This document shows positions 33,404 to 46,129 of a stretch of DNA of 64,000 nt, piece after piece (positions within the stretch are counted from its first letter, which is position 1; each line of letters opens with the position of its first letter). The DNA lies in assembly GCA_023515725.1 (NCBI GenBank), contig JALDTO010000266.1, positions 2,046,762 through 2,110,761 on the forward strand. The letters are read 5' to 3'. The position numbers and the translations under genes are program-made. The DNA comes from Amoeboaphelidium protococcarum X5. Its lineage: Eukaryota > Fungi > Aphelidiomycota. The notes below the pieces were generated by a model. That model searched no databases, was not told where the DNA came from, and was given only the letters and a program-made list of their open reading frames with translations.

Positions 33404-36400
33404 TCAATACTTTTGTTGAAGGATCGCTTACTTTGCCGTTTTGTAATTCTCACTCGTCAACTCAGCGATGAACATTCCCTACACAGCAGTATGATAAATA
33501 ATATTAATATAACTTGGAACTAGTCAAGTCGAATTAACACGTACCTTTCTGCGGCGTACAGACTCCATATACCTCCTAGCTATATTATCTCTATCCGATT
33601 TATCACCCAAATCTTCCAACTCTTCTTCAGTCTGTGGTATCCAGAAAGGATCCTAATCTAAAAGTTCCCATCCGGAAAAGACCAGTTATGGTTGAGCTAC
33701 TCCGCTAGTTCGCTTTCTAATATCTACAAAATACACAAATATCATGCGTTCTCAATAGAGAAATAACGCGTAATTATATCCTTATTACAGTAAATTTATC
33801 AATAAAACATACCGTCAGAGAATCCAAAGGACTCGCATACTGGAAGTTTGGCAGATATTGTGAATATCGCATAGCCATCCTTCATTTCTTCAGACTCAAT
33901 TCTACCACGTCTTTAGTTGAGTACTGCGTAAACTCTACCAAGAACTTGGGAAGTGGCATAGATCTCACATCTATACATGGCCAACATTATACGCGGTGAC
34001 CATTACATGAACGCCTTATGTATAGCCTCTCTCATTAAGGATATCATTTATCCACTGACGACAGTTATATCAGCATCCGCATTCACATCCAAAGACGTTA
34101 TTGATATACAAACTCCCTGCATTGGCTCTGCGCATAGAGGACCAGATTACACAGCAACACTGAACGCAGCTCTTATGCTAGCATCCAACTGACTGTATAT
34201 CGAGTCTGCACTCTAAGGTAAAAGCCATGAATTACGATCGTAATCCTAAATGCAATTGATCAGTATATTAGGGCCAATTCTTTTAGGTCCAAAGCACCAT
34301 ATGTCCTTCATGCCTATAAGATGAACCCATGACGCTTTTTAACAGATATCATTCAACTGGTTAATAAAGTGTTAGCAGCCATCATTTACTGAAACGCCAC
34401 TGTTCTAATTTTCAATAATTTAAACTATTCGCTACTAGTTGGACTCTAGGAACTGCATAACCTCAGATGGAATAGGCTAAGCTTTAAGCTTGATGGTACA
34501 ATACTAATTCTAAACTTGCACGCTAAAATCTTGTTGCAAATCTATTTCATTACCATGTACAATAGCCTCCCTGAAAGGTACAATAGCTGGCGAGACGTGA
34601 AGATCAATCCTTGCAAATTGCTCTTTCAAGTCTGCAATGCATCGTTCCAAGTGCAGTTCACCAGCACATTACAGAATATGCTCACCAGTGTCTTGCAATT
34701 CAATTTGGACACATGGATCAGCAAAGTTTAATTGCTTCAAACCTTTGACAAGCTAGTCCAGTTGTTTCGGATCAGCCGGTTCAATCGAAACTCTGACAAT
34801 AGGCGCAGAGCTACCAAAATCAATCGAACCCAACGGCACACACTTGAGAGTGGAAGACAGAGTGGCATATTTAAGACTTGATGTACCACCACTAACAATA
34901 AGACCGAACACATTTCCCGCACTAATCTCGTCAACCTCTTCCAGATCGCGACCCATCATCATGAATAGATGTCTTACTTCAACTTATTCATAACCTTAGG
35001 CTTATGGCTTCTACAAATTAAATTTCGGACGTAAAATGTATATCTTCTATCCCTTCTTAATAACTCCAGAATATATTCGAGAGAATCCCACCATGAGGCA
35101 ATCTTCACCACCACTGCCACCACTCTACGCGCTAACATCATTAAAACCATTTGATTCCTAATCATAATTCCCCAATAAAGATGCAGCCTTCATCCTGGCA
35201 GCCAGCATATCTCGTCTCCGCTGCAGATCCTTTTCATCTGCTTCATTAGCACTCGACTCTTTGAGGAAATGAATAAACTTCTCAGGCACAGAGAGCATCT
35301 TGGCAATAAACGCAACAACAGGAGAATCATCATTTTGAGAACAGGTGAATACGGAACTCTTCACAGGCTCCAACTGATCCATCACCACTGAATCCTTGAT
35401 GTTAAACAATTCACCCAATTTGATCATTTAAGACTATCGCGGACTAGGCAAAAGGTCCACTACGGCCAGAAGCACAGATTTAGAGAGCGGTAACCACTAT
35501 GACATGATTGCATTGAGAACAACTTTGGAATCTTTGGACTTGGCATCACCAGGAGACAATTTGATATTAAGAGCCGTAATAATCTTCTCCCTCTACTACA
35601 AATCTGGATTCAATTATACCGCGTCATAAACTTACCACAAGTTGTCGAGCATAAATTAAACTGCAAACGGCTTTAGAGCTCGTCCTTTCAATTGCTTCGA
35701 CGTCAGTACTTTCTTCTACTTGGAATCAAAATAGTAATCTCCCCACAAAGCTTTCTACAATGCCGCTTCTTTAAAGCCAAGCTTATGAGCCAAAATCTGA
35801 GCGAAATCATTAACTCTGAAAGCCCAGCCATCTATCGCACTACTAAAGAGAACATTCCCCGCTGATGGTTCAAAATAATTGTTAATTTCACATTCCACTT
35901 CTTCCGATTATTGTTGTTACTACTAAAATGGCTTTTCATTCTATTGCTATTGCGCAGACTGATCAAGATTCTGTTAAATAAAAGACTAGGCATTCTCTTG
36001 CTTCTGAATATCTTCATCAATACTAAAAGATGCCCAGATGGCGTTAGCTTATTCAATGATATTACGCAGCTATTAATACGCTTCCTGCGGTGATAATCTC
36101 AGTTCAACAATAAAGCGATCAATCTTATTCAGTAAGAGAAGAGGCTTCACTTTCTCTAACCTGGCCTACTTCAACACCACCACCGTCTGACTCGAGATAC
36201 CTTCCACCACATCCACTAATACTAAAGCACCATCACACAATCTACTAGCTACGGATACCTCACTACTGAAATCGATATGACCGGGAGAATCAATCAGATT
36301 GATCAAGTACTCCTTCTCGATAATAACCTATACACCAGGAGAATCGGCACCATCAGCAGTGGTATTTGAATTGGACCTTGATACCGTCTTGGTATATAGT

Positions 36401-36624
36401 GATATACAACTTGCTTTCATTGTAATACCACGATCCTACTCATCCTTTCGACTATCCAAAAATCTGACTTTACCAGCAAGTTTTGATGATACAATACCAT
36501 TGGTGGCCAGCAGAAGATCAGACATTGTAGTCTTTCCATGATCAATATGCGCAAGTAGACAGATGTTCCTAATGCTCTCTGGATACTTTTACAATTTCAA
36601 CAACACGTCTTTACCTACTGGCAT
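33404..36624 (-). CDS. EFL1: Ribosome assembly EF-2-like GTPase Efl1/Ria1, 2 introns (33724-33812, 33479-33544)
   Basis: 1022 codons. [51 protein letters not shown][TAA=Q][21 protein letters not shown]. Confidence 0.95.
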
Positions 36625-36842
36625 ACTAAATTATTATTATAAAGTATCTCTTGTTATAAAGTGAGCTATAGAACTAAAGTATATTAATCACAATTTTCTT
36701 TAAAAAGAGAAAAGGCGAAAAATCTTCATCAGAAGTTTTCTCTTCGTTACAATTGTCTCAACTCTCACCCTGAAATTTTAGATTAATTGATTCCCACCTA
36801 GATTTGGTCTGATATTGCAACTAAATAAATTCGCTAATAGCA

Positions 36843-37706
36843 ATGACTGGTTAGAGCGAAAAGGTTCTACTTAGAGATGTAAAGTAATTGACTTTGTATG
36901 GGGATCGGATGACCACAGGAAGACGTTTGGATCCCATCCCGCAGCTGGAATGCACTGGAGGCGATGCTTGTGATTATGCAGATATTCATGTGATGAGATG
37001 TGAAAATGTTGGTGTGGATGGCTAAACAGGAGCAGTCAGCTGGAAGTGCACTGCTTAGCATGATGATACTGTTCAGCTTGGCGCAACGGATGTCGTTTGT
37101 GAAGGTTACGCTAATTTTAATGATAAGTACGTCCTCGCTGGAAGTTGCGGAGTTGAGTATTCACTTCATCTCACTGCTCGTGGAAGGGAGTATTACATGG
37201 TAGATGATGGTAAGAGTACTTAGAATAGTAAAAATGGAAATCTTAAACAGACTACGAGTGGTCGTTAGAATGACACTGAGATCAGTTGGTTTGGGTGGAT
37301 GTTTATCTTGCTCATTCTATATATAATTTATACATCGCTATGCCGCGCTCACCGTGATAGTAGGCCAGGAATTAATAATAGCAGCAGCGGTCCACCTAAT
37401 AATCCAGGTGGTGGTCATCGCGATTCACCGCCGCCACCTCCATACTCTAAACATCCTGATTCTAATCAGGAGTTCCATGCGCGGTCTGGTACGTCTACCA
37501 CTTCATCATTCTTGGCTGGAGCTGGGCTAGGAGGTATTGGTGGTTACATGTTGGGATCACAATCGCGTAATAACGACAATACTTAACAGACTGACGGTGG
37601 CTCTCGTGTCAGGCGTGATAGTCCTAATAGTAGAATGCGACAATCCGAACCATCTCCTCCTCGACAATCCTCTTCTACCGGTTTTGGTTAAAGTAGAAAT
37701 AGATGA
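36843..37706 (+). CDS. SARAF: SARAF/TMEM66 (DUF1183) store-operated Ca2+ entry regulator homolog
   Basis: 288 codons. KVLLRDVKQLTL, TTGRRLDPIPQLECTGG, WKCTA, DVVCEGY...YVLAGSCGVEY, one TM helix, PPPPYS, and terminal STGFGQSRNR. Confidence 0.9.
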
Positions 37707-37965
37707 ATTTATATTTCTCTTAATGTAGTCAGATCTCTTTTATGGCTTATTTTAGCTTTAGAATTCACAGAGGCAACCTTTGCTATCCCACAGAGCTGAA
37801 CTCTGACCTTTGCGGTGAAGTATCGTTAGTGACAACACCGAGTTGAGAGCGACCAGTCAAAGGAAAATTTACAGGACCAGCTACGATATTATCAATCCTT
37901 TATTCACAAAACATTATTCACAGATCCATCGCCATAGTTACACGGCAAATCCATCATCATCTAAT

Positions 37966-39746
37966 TCAATGCTTTTTCTCTCTCAAACGTCTCTGCTTCC
38001 TTTGATACTGAAACAGTGACTATGGCTGAACCGGCCCATTTGAATAAAAGTAGCAAATGTCGTCCATGCGCTTGTCTTTAGATGGAAATGAATGCTTTCC
38101 CTTCTACATGACATTATTCTGCCCGATGGCAAAGTTATACGCAGTTGGAGGATGTTGAACTATGACTTCTGGTCCGCAGTTCCAAACAATACAATTGGCA
38201 CCGCTCCATCCTTGGCCTACACTCAAAAAATTGATTAATAATAGCATGCACCATATTTACATTCTACACATAAAGCAAATATCACAATCTTACCTGAACC
38301 CATCCATGCGCGATTCTGAATTGCTACATTACCGCGAATGTTATCGTACAGGAATCCACTTGCCCATCTTTGATGCGTCTCAGAGCATCCCATATTACCG
38401 ACGGCGGTGCAATCGTGGAATACATTTGGACCTACGATGCGAGAGCTCACAGCATAGGCGTGTCTAGCCTCTTCGGTAGTGCAATGCTGAACAAGGCAAC
38501 AACTTCCATTAATGGTGAAGCCGTAGCGCTTACCACCATCAATTTTGGCAGCGGGCTTGTTAAAAGAGCAGTATTCGATAGTTGAGAATTTGGCACCTCC
38601 TTATAACACACAACCATGCCCAAAACAGCGACTATGAATATTCGACGCCCAGGATCTGATGCAATTGTCCATCGAGAGCGTTGTCTCCAGATGATTATCA
38701 TCACAGCAACAAGTCAACTTTGTCTTATTATCCGTCTGAGTCTGAGAGAAGTCAACATGACAGACAACCTCGAAATTCTCAATGGCCACCTATGACACTC
38801 TATAGCTGTCGTCAAACTTCTCAACATGTCCACCGCCATACTTGTCCTCAATCGTGGTGGTGACACCGACATCAATATCAATATAGTTATGATCTTTATC
38901 CACACCAGTGACATATCTCAAGTTGAACAGATTAAAAGGACCCCATGGCTTCGTTGAAGATGGATCATTAGGACGACGAGGCATCTGCTTATCATCCATG
39001 CCAATATCTTCAATCCACTTCTAATTGCAACGACGAACAACACGAACACTATCACCAACTTTGTACTTGTCAGCGGACTTTACGTGCACTCTGGTTACAC
39101 CAACGCCAAGTCTTCCCACAATATCAGTCTTGTCATATGCGCGACCAGCTGGAGTGTCACTCATAACTGTAAACAAAGTGCCTTTATCTTTTGTTCTACA
39201 CACCAATCTTGTCAGCGGGCGACCATCTTGAGCTACTTCACCGCGCAGTATAACGCCAGACTATTTTATGGTAAAGCCCTTTGAATCAACGCCGTAAGTA
39301 CCAGCTTTCAATAAAACCACCGCTCTAAATCCACTACCCAGAACTGGCATTTAAGAGGCCTTGTCAATTGCCGCCTGGATTTCATGACTCTAATCTGGCA
39401 GATGCAATTCATCTTGATGACACGAATGTTACTACTGAGGCAAGCATTTGTCCAAGTGTGGCTGGGCAACATTCTTGATCTGCTACTTGATATTACTAAA
39501 CAGACCGTGCTTGTGTTGATGAGAATGGCCATCTGGTTGTGAAAAAAATTAAGAACCAGAAGACTTTGATGGACAGACTACAATCTGAGGTATGCTAGGA
39601 TCCCGACCTGCATCAATAATATGCTAAGGGCACCCGCATAGAGAAAAGTCCAGCAAAGGATCACCACCAGGCAGAACAACCTTCTCTGGTTAATGCCACG
39701 GCTGCGTATCAGCATACAACTTTCTATCAATCTCTGCCGCAATCAT
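37966..39746 (-). CDS. Right-handed beta-helix protein of the pectin-lyase-like superfamily, bacterial-type, 1 intron (38217-38293)
   Basis: 568 codons. LLDFSLCG, EIQAAIDKAS..GFRAVVLLKAGTY..SGVILRGE, GPNVFHDC, SETHQRWASGFLYDN, IQNRAWMGSG|QGWSGANCIVWNC, VQPQSLF. Confidence 0.8.
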
Positions 39747-39947
39747 TCTAAATTAACAATGTTCTACTACCAAGATAAAGAGTTTTAGGGTATGTGAATA
39801 GAAGATTGACTAACAATACGAAATAAAACTGAAAAGTTGAAACAAGAAAATGACTCATAGATAATCGATTCCTTTTCAATGTATTCCATACAGCCACTTC
39901 AGGCAATGAAACGATCGCGTACCGTTCATTTGAAAGGATGAATCACT

Positions 39948-41123
39948 TCAATTGGACTTGTTCTAGACGCGACGCGCTTCCACAGCTTCCGCGAGCATTT
40001 TGATCATCGCCACCGTTTCATCCCAGCCGACACACGCGTCCGTAATCGATTGACCGTAGGCGAGTGTGCTCAGGTTGCCATCAGCAGGGATTTTCTACGC
40101 GCCCTCGATCAAGTTCGATTCCACCATGACGCCTGCAATTGATGTATCACCATTTCGCAGCTGGTCACACAATGATTCTAGCACTTTCACCTGATTCTTA
40201 TGATTCTTGTTTGAGTTTCCATGTGAACAATCCACCATAATCTTTGGCTGTAGTTGATGTTTATTCAATGCTTCGTGGACCTTTCTGATATTCTCCTGAT
40301 CGTAATTAGTGCCAGATTTGCCTCCGCGTAAAATAATGTGACAATCCTTGTTTCCGCTGGTACGCGTAATCGCAGCCAAGCCTTGATGAGTTACACCTAG
40401 AAATCGATGAGGATGAGCTGCTGCACGAATAGCATCAATCGCAATATCAATATTACCATCCGTGCCATTCTTGAATCCAATAGGAAAAGAGACACCACTG
40501 GCAAGCTCACGATGAAGTTGCGATTCAGTTGTTCTGGCACCGATCGCAGCCCAACTAACACAATCTGCAATGTACTGCGGCGAGATGGTATCCAGGAGTT
40601 CACACGCAACTGGTACACCCGACTGAGTGATATCGCACAGCAGTTTACGCCCAATTCTAAGACCGTCATTAATTCTGAACGATCCATCCAGGTAGGCATC
40701 ATTCAACAAGCCTTTCCAACCGACAGTGGTACGAGGCTTCTCAAAGTAAGTCCTCATCAAGATTAGAACATTCTTTGACACTTGCGGGTCTTACTAATTC
40801 AACTCTCTCAATTTTGAAGCGTATTCTAATGCGGCGGCGACATCATGTATTGAACAAGGACCAACAACTAGAATGACACGATCATCTTCACCAGACAGAA
40901 TTTTAATCGCTTCAGCTCTAGCTTTTGCAATAGTACGCTTAGATTACGTACTTAGAGGTAATTGATAAGAGAGAATATGAGGTGCAATCAGTGGATCATA
41001 ACCTTGAATTCTCAAATCATCCATATACTCATAATCAGACTCGTCGCCATTGTCTGCTCCATTATGGGCACGCTAAGCGGACGCAGGCAATTGTTCATTA
41101 TAAGCCTGGACCTGTGATGGCAT
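39948..41123 (-). CDS. Class I DAHP synthase (Aro3/Aro4 type)
   Basis: 392 codons. VVGPCSIHD, MRTYFEKPRTTVGWKGL, AIGARTTESQLHRELASG, FKNGTDG, MVDCSHGNS, GVMVESNLIEGA[TAG=Q], YGQSITDACVGW. Confidence 0.96.
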
Positions 41124-41588
41124 TCTCTACTATATTAAGACTTTTGATTATTATACTGAAGTGTTTGCAATCATTTTTAAAAGTAAATTATGAGTTTGAA
41201 GCTACTGCTATTTAGTACAGGAAGTCAACTGGTTTGATCAATCGTTGATCAAAGCGGGCGCGCGAGATTGAGTTTAGCAGTGTAACGCGTGATCTTTGAA
41301 GATGTAACACCATTGGACACAACACTATTCAATAAGTTCTCATATCACTAAGCGTATTATAAAATGAGATGTAAAATTCTGTATTATTCAAATCTTTCTG
41401 TTATATAAGACTGAAATTTTATGCATGATGTACGAAATGGAACACTTCACCTAGAAGAGCCAGACTAAGAAATTGCACTTGATCATATTATTTTTTATAA
41501 ACAAAATTCATAACAAATATCGACACTTTAAATTTATACCTATTTTATTTATATGAGCTTCATTAATTATTATGACCCAAATATGATA

Positions 41589-43250
41589 TCAATTACCATT
41601 TATACCATTGATGTGAACACTGGAGGAGGCATTGTTCTTCAAGAACGAATCCCAGACGGTCATCATCTTCTCATGAGACTCGGTCAACTTGCCCAAGAAC
41701 TCTCTGACGGCCAGCTGTAAGTCCTTCACCTTGTTATGCTCAAACAGTTCCAATTCCTTCTTCAATACTACGCTGACATCATCGAATTCTTTCTTGGTGT
41801 CGATGATCTTCTACTCTGCCTCGGCAATCTCCTACTCAGCCTATTAGACCTTTTCTGGCTTTGAGCGAGACATCTTGGTCTTCTCCAAGGAGATCTTCAA
41901 CTTGCTCAGATTCTACTATGACAACAAATGGTTATTGTAAATCTTCAGCCTCGATTGGAATGCAGACTTTACAGCACCCATAGTTCTAACATACTCATCA
42001 AAGGTATTAGCCAGGAACATCAGGTCATACCCAGACTGTTCAGCGTGTATTTTCTGTATTTCTTTGTGAGCCTCACCGAATGCAGTCAACTGCTTCTCAA
42101 TGCTCTTATTCAACTCAGAAGTGCCCAAAGCAAATACACTCTCACCAAACTCAAGTACGGCAACAGACAGATTATCGCGTTCCTATATCATCTAGTCAAT
42201 AGCCTTGGCAACTGCCTTCATGAGGTTCTCTTGTTCTTCAATATAGACGCGTTTCCCCTCAAAGAACTCATCAGGATCCGTGACTTTGGCAAAGGAGCCC
42301 GTGGCATTCGACATTGCATCACCCAGTTTACTCATGAAAGATGAGCCACTCTTGTGCTCCTTCTTCTTGTTATCGCTAATCTCTGAAGACAGGTCATCAG
42401 TCTCCATGAAAGTAACAAATACAGGATCTTTGTTCAGCACTGGATGAGCGGCAATCTTCTTCATCATCCTGTCCAACAGGGCACGTCGATTCTCCACAAA
42501 GTCTTCATCGAATCTACCAATAGCATGCTTTTCTGGTGGCGGAGGCACAATAATACCAGGATTTCTAGCAGAGAGCTGAGCTGAAAGCCACAAGAATTCT
42601 TTATATCGACGATTGACACTCATGTGCTGATTCTTGAAGCTATTAGACTTGGTCATGGCAACGACTTTATACGTGGTGTGAGCCTTCATACCCTCACCTT
42701 TAGTAGTAGGATCACACACGTTAATTGTAAAATCCTCATGCTCATCAGAGTATCCAGCTGGACGTTGATTATAATTCTAATGCAAGACTCTCGTGCTACT
42801 CAAGCTATCGGCGCGATCCTTGGCCGCGTTACCACCAGTGTTAAGAGAAGCAGTAGTATCGGCAAGGCTCAGTCTTTCAACACTCTTCACTGGAGCAACG
42901 GAGCTCTCATCCTACTCACCGCTATAATTGGTAGCCAATGGATTGTTAGTGCTCGCATCATCTAATCTCTCCTGACTGTAACCAGAGCTGACAGATTCTT
43001 AACGCTGCATACTGCTTCCACCTTCAGCCATACTGCTAGCTGCACCGCGAAACATTGAAGGATCTCTACTGCCAACTAGACCTTGAATAGAAGCACCATC
43101 ATTCGCTCCTTGCTAGCTAGTGCCACTCACAGATGCAAAAGGATTGATGTGTAAATCCATATTGTAAGCGCTAGAGTGAAGATCGGGATTCAGCAAATCC
43201 TGAAGCTCACTCTTTTCGCGCATTGATTAAGACTAGCTACTATCAGACAT
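41589..43250 (-). CDS. VPS5: PX-BAR sorting nexin Vps5/SNX1
   Basis: 554 codons. PX domain (VNRRYKEFLWL, PPPPEKHAIGRF, FVENRRALL) followed by a BAR domain ending in WDSFL. Confidence 0.9.
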
Positions 43251-43642
43251 TATAAATAATAATTATTATTCACTTAACAGATATAACTCTCACTTGACGG
43301 TGAAATAAAAGCAATTAACAGGTGATCTGAAGACTGCGCGAAATTCTCTTTCCTCAACTGACGGACTCGTGCGCGATCAAAGTTCATTGGCTGAGAGAGA
43401 AAGACTGCGTTAGATGATTCGCGTGCAAGAAGCTTTTCTGCACCCCTGAAAATGTTCTCTCCAAGGCGGCCCAGTGTTTCCATAAAATGGTGTCTTTTGA
43501 CTTGTAAAACTTTTCGTGGTACCATGTATTAATACGTACTATAGCAAAGACTTACTAAAAGCGGAAGCAAAAACGCGAGTATTCTGCGATACCATTTTAA
43601 AGAACTAAAGGATTCAATAACTTTATAATACAACAGATTTTA

Positions 43643-44401
43643 TCAAAAGAATTCAGCAGATTGCTATTGAAAAAGCTCAACCATAGATTGCATCTTGTCA
43701 ACTTCAAAGGTGGCTCTCGCATAATCAAACTTGGACGAAGATAATTACCGCTCCGTCTACTTCATACGACTCTTCAGTTCCAGTTTCTGTTTTTGCGTTT
43801 CAGTCAGCTTCTTCTCAATCTCGGCGCTCCAATCTTTGTGAGAAGCTGCTGAAATTAGTTGTTGTTGCTGAACCACTTCAGTCTAGGGAGCGGACGAGCT
43901 TACCTACATCAAATCATCGACAGGCGCGCTTTAAGTCTTGGCATTTTGCGGTTATTACGCATATTATTCTTCATCCGCGGCGTATGTTTAATATTACGTA
44001 TGATCGGCAGCATAAGAATGACGGTAACGTTTATTTGGAGAAGGTTAATGTTCTCTGACATTGCTTTACATCATCGCATTGTAATCACTAGAGGTGGCAT
44101 TGTACTACTACTCCGCGATATAATTATCACGGTAATTATAATCTTATCGGTAATTGCGATGATATTATTATTATTGCTCTGAATAGGGAGGCCTTGATAC
44201 ATATTGAGGACGCATTGGATATTGAGGTCGTGCCTAGTTGTAGCGATAGTCCCTTCTTTCATACGTCTACGATTATTATTATTAAGTATACTATGCATGC
44301 GGTCTTCCTTGATACCTTCCACGCTAATAATTTTAATTGGAGAAATACTATCCCCTTCCTCTCCCACGGCCTCTACCGAAATAATCACCTTAATCAGACA
44401 T
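43643..44401 (-). CDS. Low-complexity RG/Q/Y/N-rich protein with C-terminal coiled coil
   Basis: 253 codons. MSDQGDYFGRGRGRGRGQY..., a long Y/Q/R/N-rich tract, then WSAEIEKKL...FDYARATFEVDKMQ. Confidence 0.7.
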
Positions 44402-44528
44402 CCAAAATAAATATTTAACAGGGCGGCTATGGGAGTATGCTTGAAGAGAAAAAGAAAAGAGCGCGATTTTAAATTGCATTAAATTGTCTTCCTGAAAACG
44501 CGGCAAATTGGCGAATAATACAATCAAA

Positions 44529-45272
44529 ATGGAGGTGGAGAATCAAGAATAGTAGCCATTATTTACAAGAGAACACGTTGAAAGTGCTATGGTAATATCT
44601 TCATCGTAATCGCTATTTACATATTCTGATTTATATTATGTGTAGGAAGCAACCTCATCAAAGAAATCTGGCAATTCTACATCTGGAGATCATAAAGAAC
44701 TCAAATATAGAAAGATGCAAATACCAAGCCATCGCCTTACTCCTTTGAAGTAGGATTGGATCAAGATTTATACTCCTTTGGTGGAGCACTTGAAGCTTCA
44801 AGTCCGATTTAATACGCGTTCTAAATGTGTGGAGCTCAAAGCATCAAAGGAGACTGAAGAGCCGTAGTCCGCATAGCTATAGAAAGGCTGTGATTTTCTA
44901 CATGCCTTCTGCCTCGGATTCTCTGTTGATGACGCGATAGTTTTGCTCCGTTATCAAGAGGTGTACATCCAATCTTTTCATTTGAAAGAGGTGAGATAGG
45001 TGCTGACTTTTAATAAATCCAATCGTTCCAACTATGCTCGTGCTATCGGACGTATTGCTGGCCATAAAGGTAAAACAAAGTTTGCCATTGAGAACTCTTG
45101 CAAGGTGCGTCTGGTCATTGCTGGTGAAAGCGGTATGATTCATATTCTCGGAACTCCTGATTGCATTCGTGCTGCTAAAGATGCTGTGTGCAGATTAATT
45201 CTCGGATCACCAGCAGGCAAAGTCTACTCTTAATTGTAGATTGTTGGCAGCAGACTACGTGAAAGAATGTGA
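44529..45272 (+). CDS. PNO1: Pre-rRNA processing KH-domain protein Pno1/Dim2, 1 intron (44592-44645)
   Basis: 230 codons. IPSHRLTPLK.DWIKIYTPLVEHLKLQVRFN, LGFSVDDAI, RAIGRIAGHKGKTKFAIEN, LILGSPAGKVY. Confidence 0.95.
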
Positions 45273-45426
45273 AATTGTTGATTTTATAAAGCATAGTTGT
45301 TCGTGATCGTGAATTTTGAATGACGCGACGCATGTCTAATCTTCTTATCTCTCTTAGTTTGTGTCCAATTCCGAATCTTACTACTGTATTATCGAGCGTA
45401 ATCTTAATCATAATTTCTCCGCAATA

Positions 45427-45841
45427 ATGGCCACCACAACTACAGATAATCAAGATTTTGGAAAGCAAATTGTTGAAAAGACTACCAAATTTACAGTGCC
45501 TGTGACTACTCAACCAGGACTTACTTTAGTTTTGGGTATATTGAACCTCTTCTTCTTTGGCATAGTAAGATTTGCAAAATGACATGACATCTTATAGATG
45601 ATAATCTTATGACTGTTTTCTCGGTAGGGAACTATAATAGCTGGGGTTGTAAATAATAGTCTGGCGGACGTTGTCATTGGTATGCTTCAATTGCTGATTC
45701 CTTTCGTTGGCTGGGTTTGGAGTGTTATTTGTAAGACGATACTTGTATCAAGATTAACCTTTGTTCATTTTTGAAAAGTTTACTATTTGTGTAGGGGGTG
45801 TTCTTATGATTGGCAGTGCAGCGACATCTATGAAGAAGTGA
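45427..45841 (+). CDS. Small Stum/SPEC3-family membrane protein, 2 introns (45565-45627, 45731-45794)
   Basis: 96 codons. ILNLFFFGI|GTIIAG...IGMLQLLIPFVGWVWSVI|WG matches the Stum/Spec3 pattern (N..PG.GT ... G..Q ... GW.WS..WG). Confidence 0.75.
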
Positions 45842-46129
45842 TGACGTAATTTACATGTAATGAGTATTCTTTATAGCAATGTATGCCGTGTACTGACAAA
45901 AGTCTCCTTTCACATCTAGATGCTGACGCGGTTTCCTGATTCGCGCACTTCGTTCGGGCGGGATCACGTATTGACTGACTGACTGACCCCTTGCCGATAT
46001 GGTTTGATCCATTACGGAGGCCCTTAAAAAGATAATTTTCCCACGCAACGTTTTTTTCGCTCTAAGGTCACGCTTCTTGGCTATATTCGTCATTCACTGC
46101 GGTAAAGAACACACCAGCTGTAAGTATTG

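Noticed and set aside
37915-37962. SECIS-like hairpin (ATGA...TGAA) downstream of the beta-helix gene on the minus strand
   Set aside because: The stem is G-U rich and irregular, and the gene has no internal TGA; its terminal TGA follows the family's normal C-terminus.
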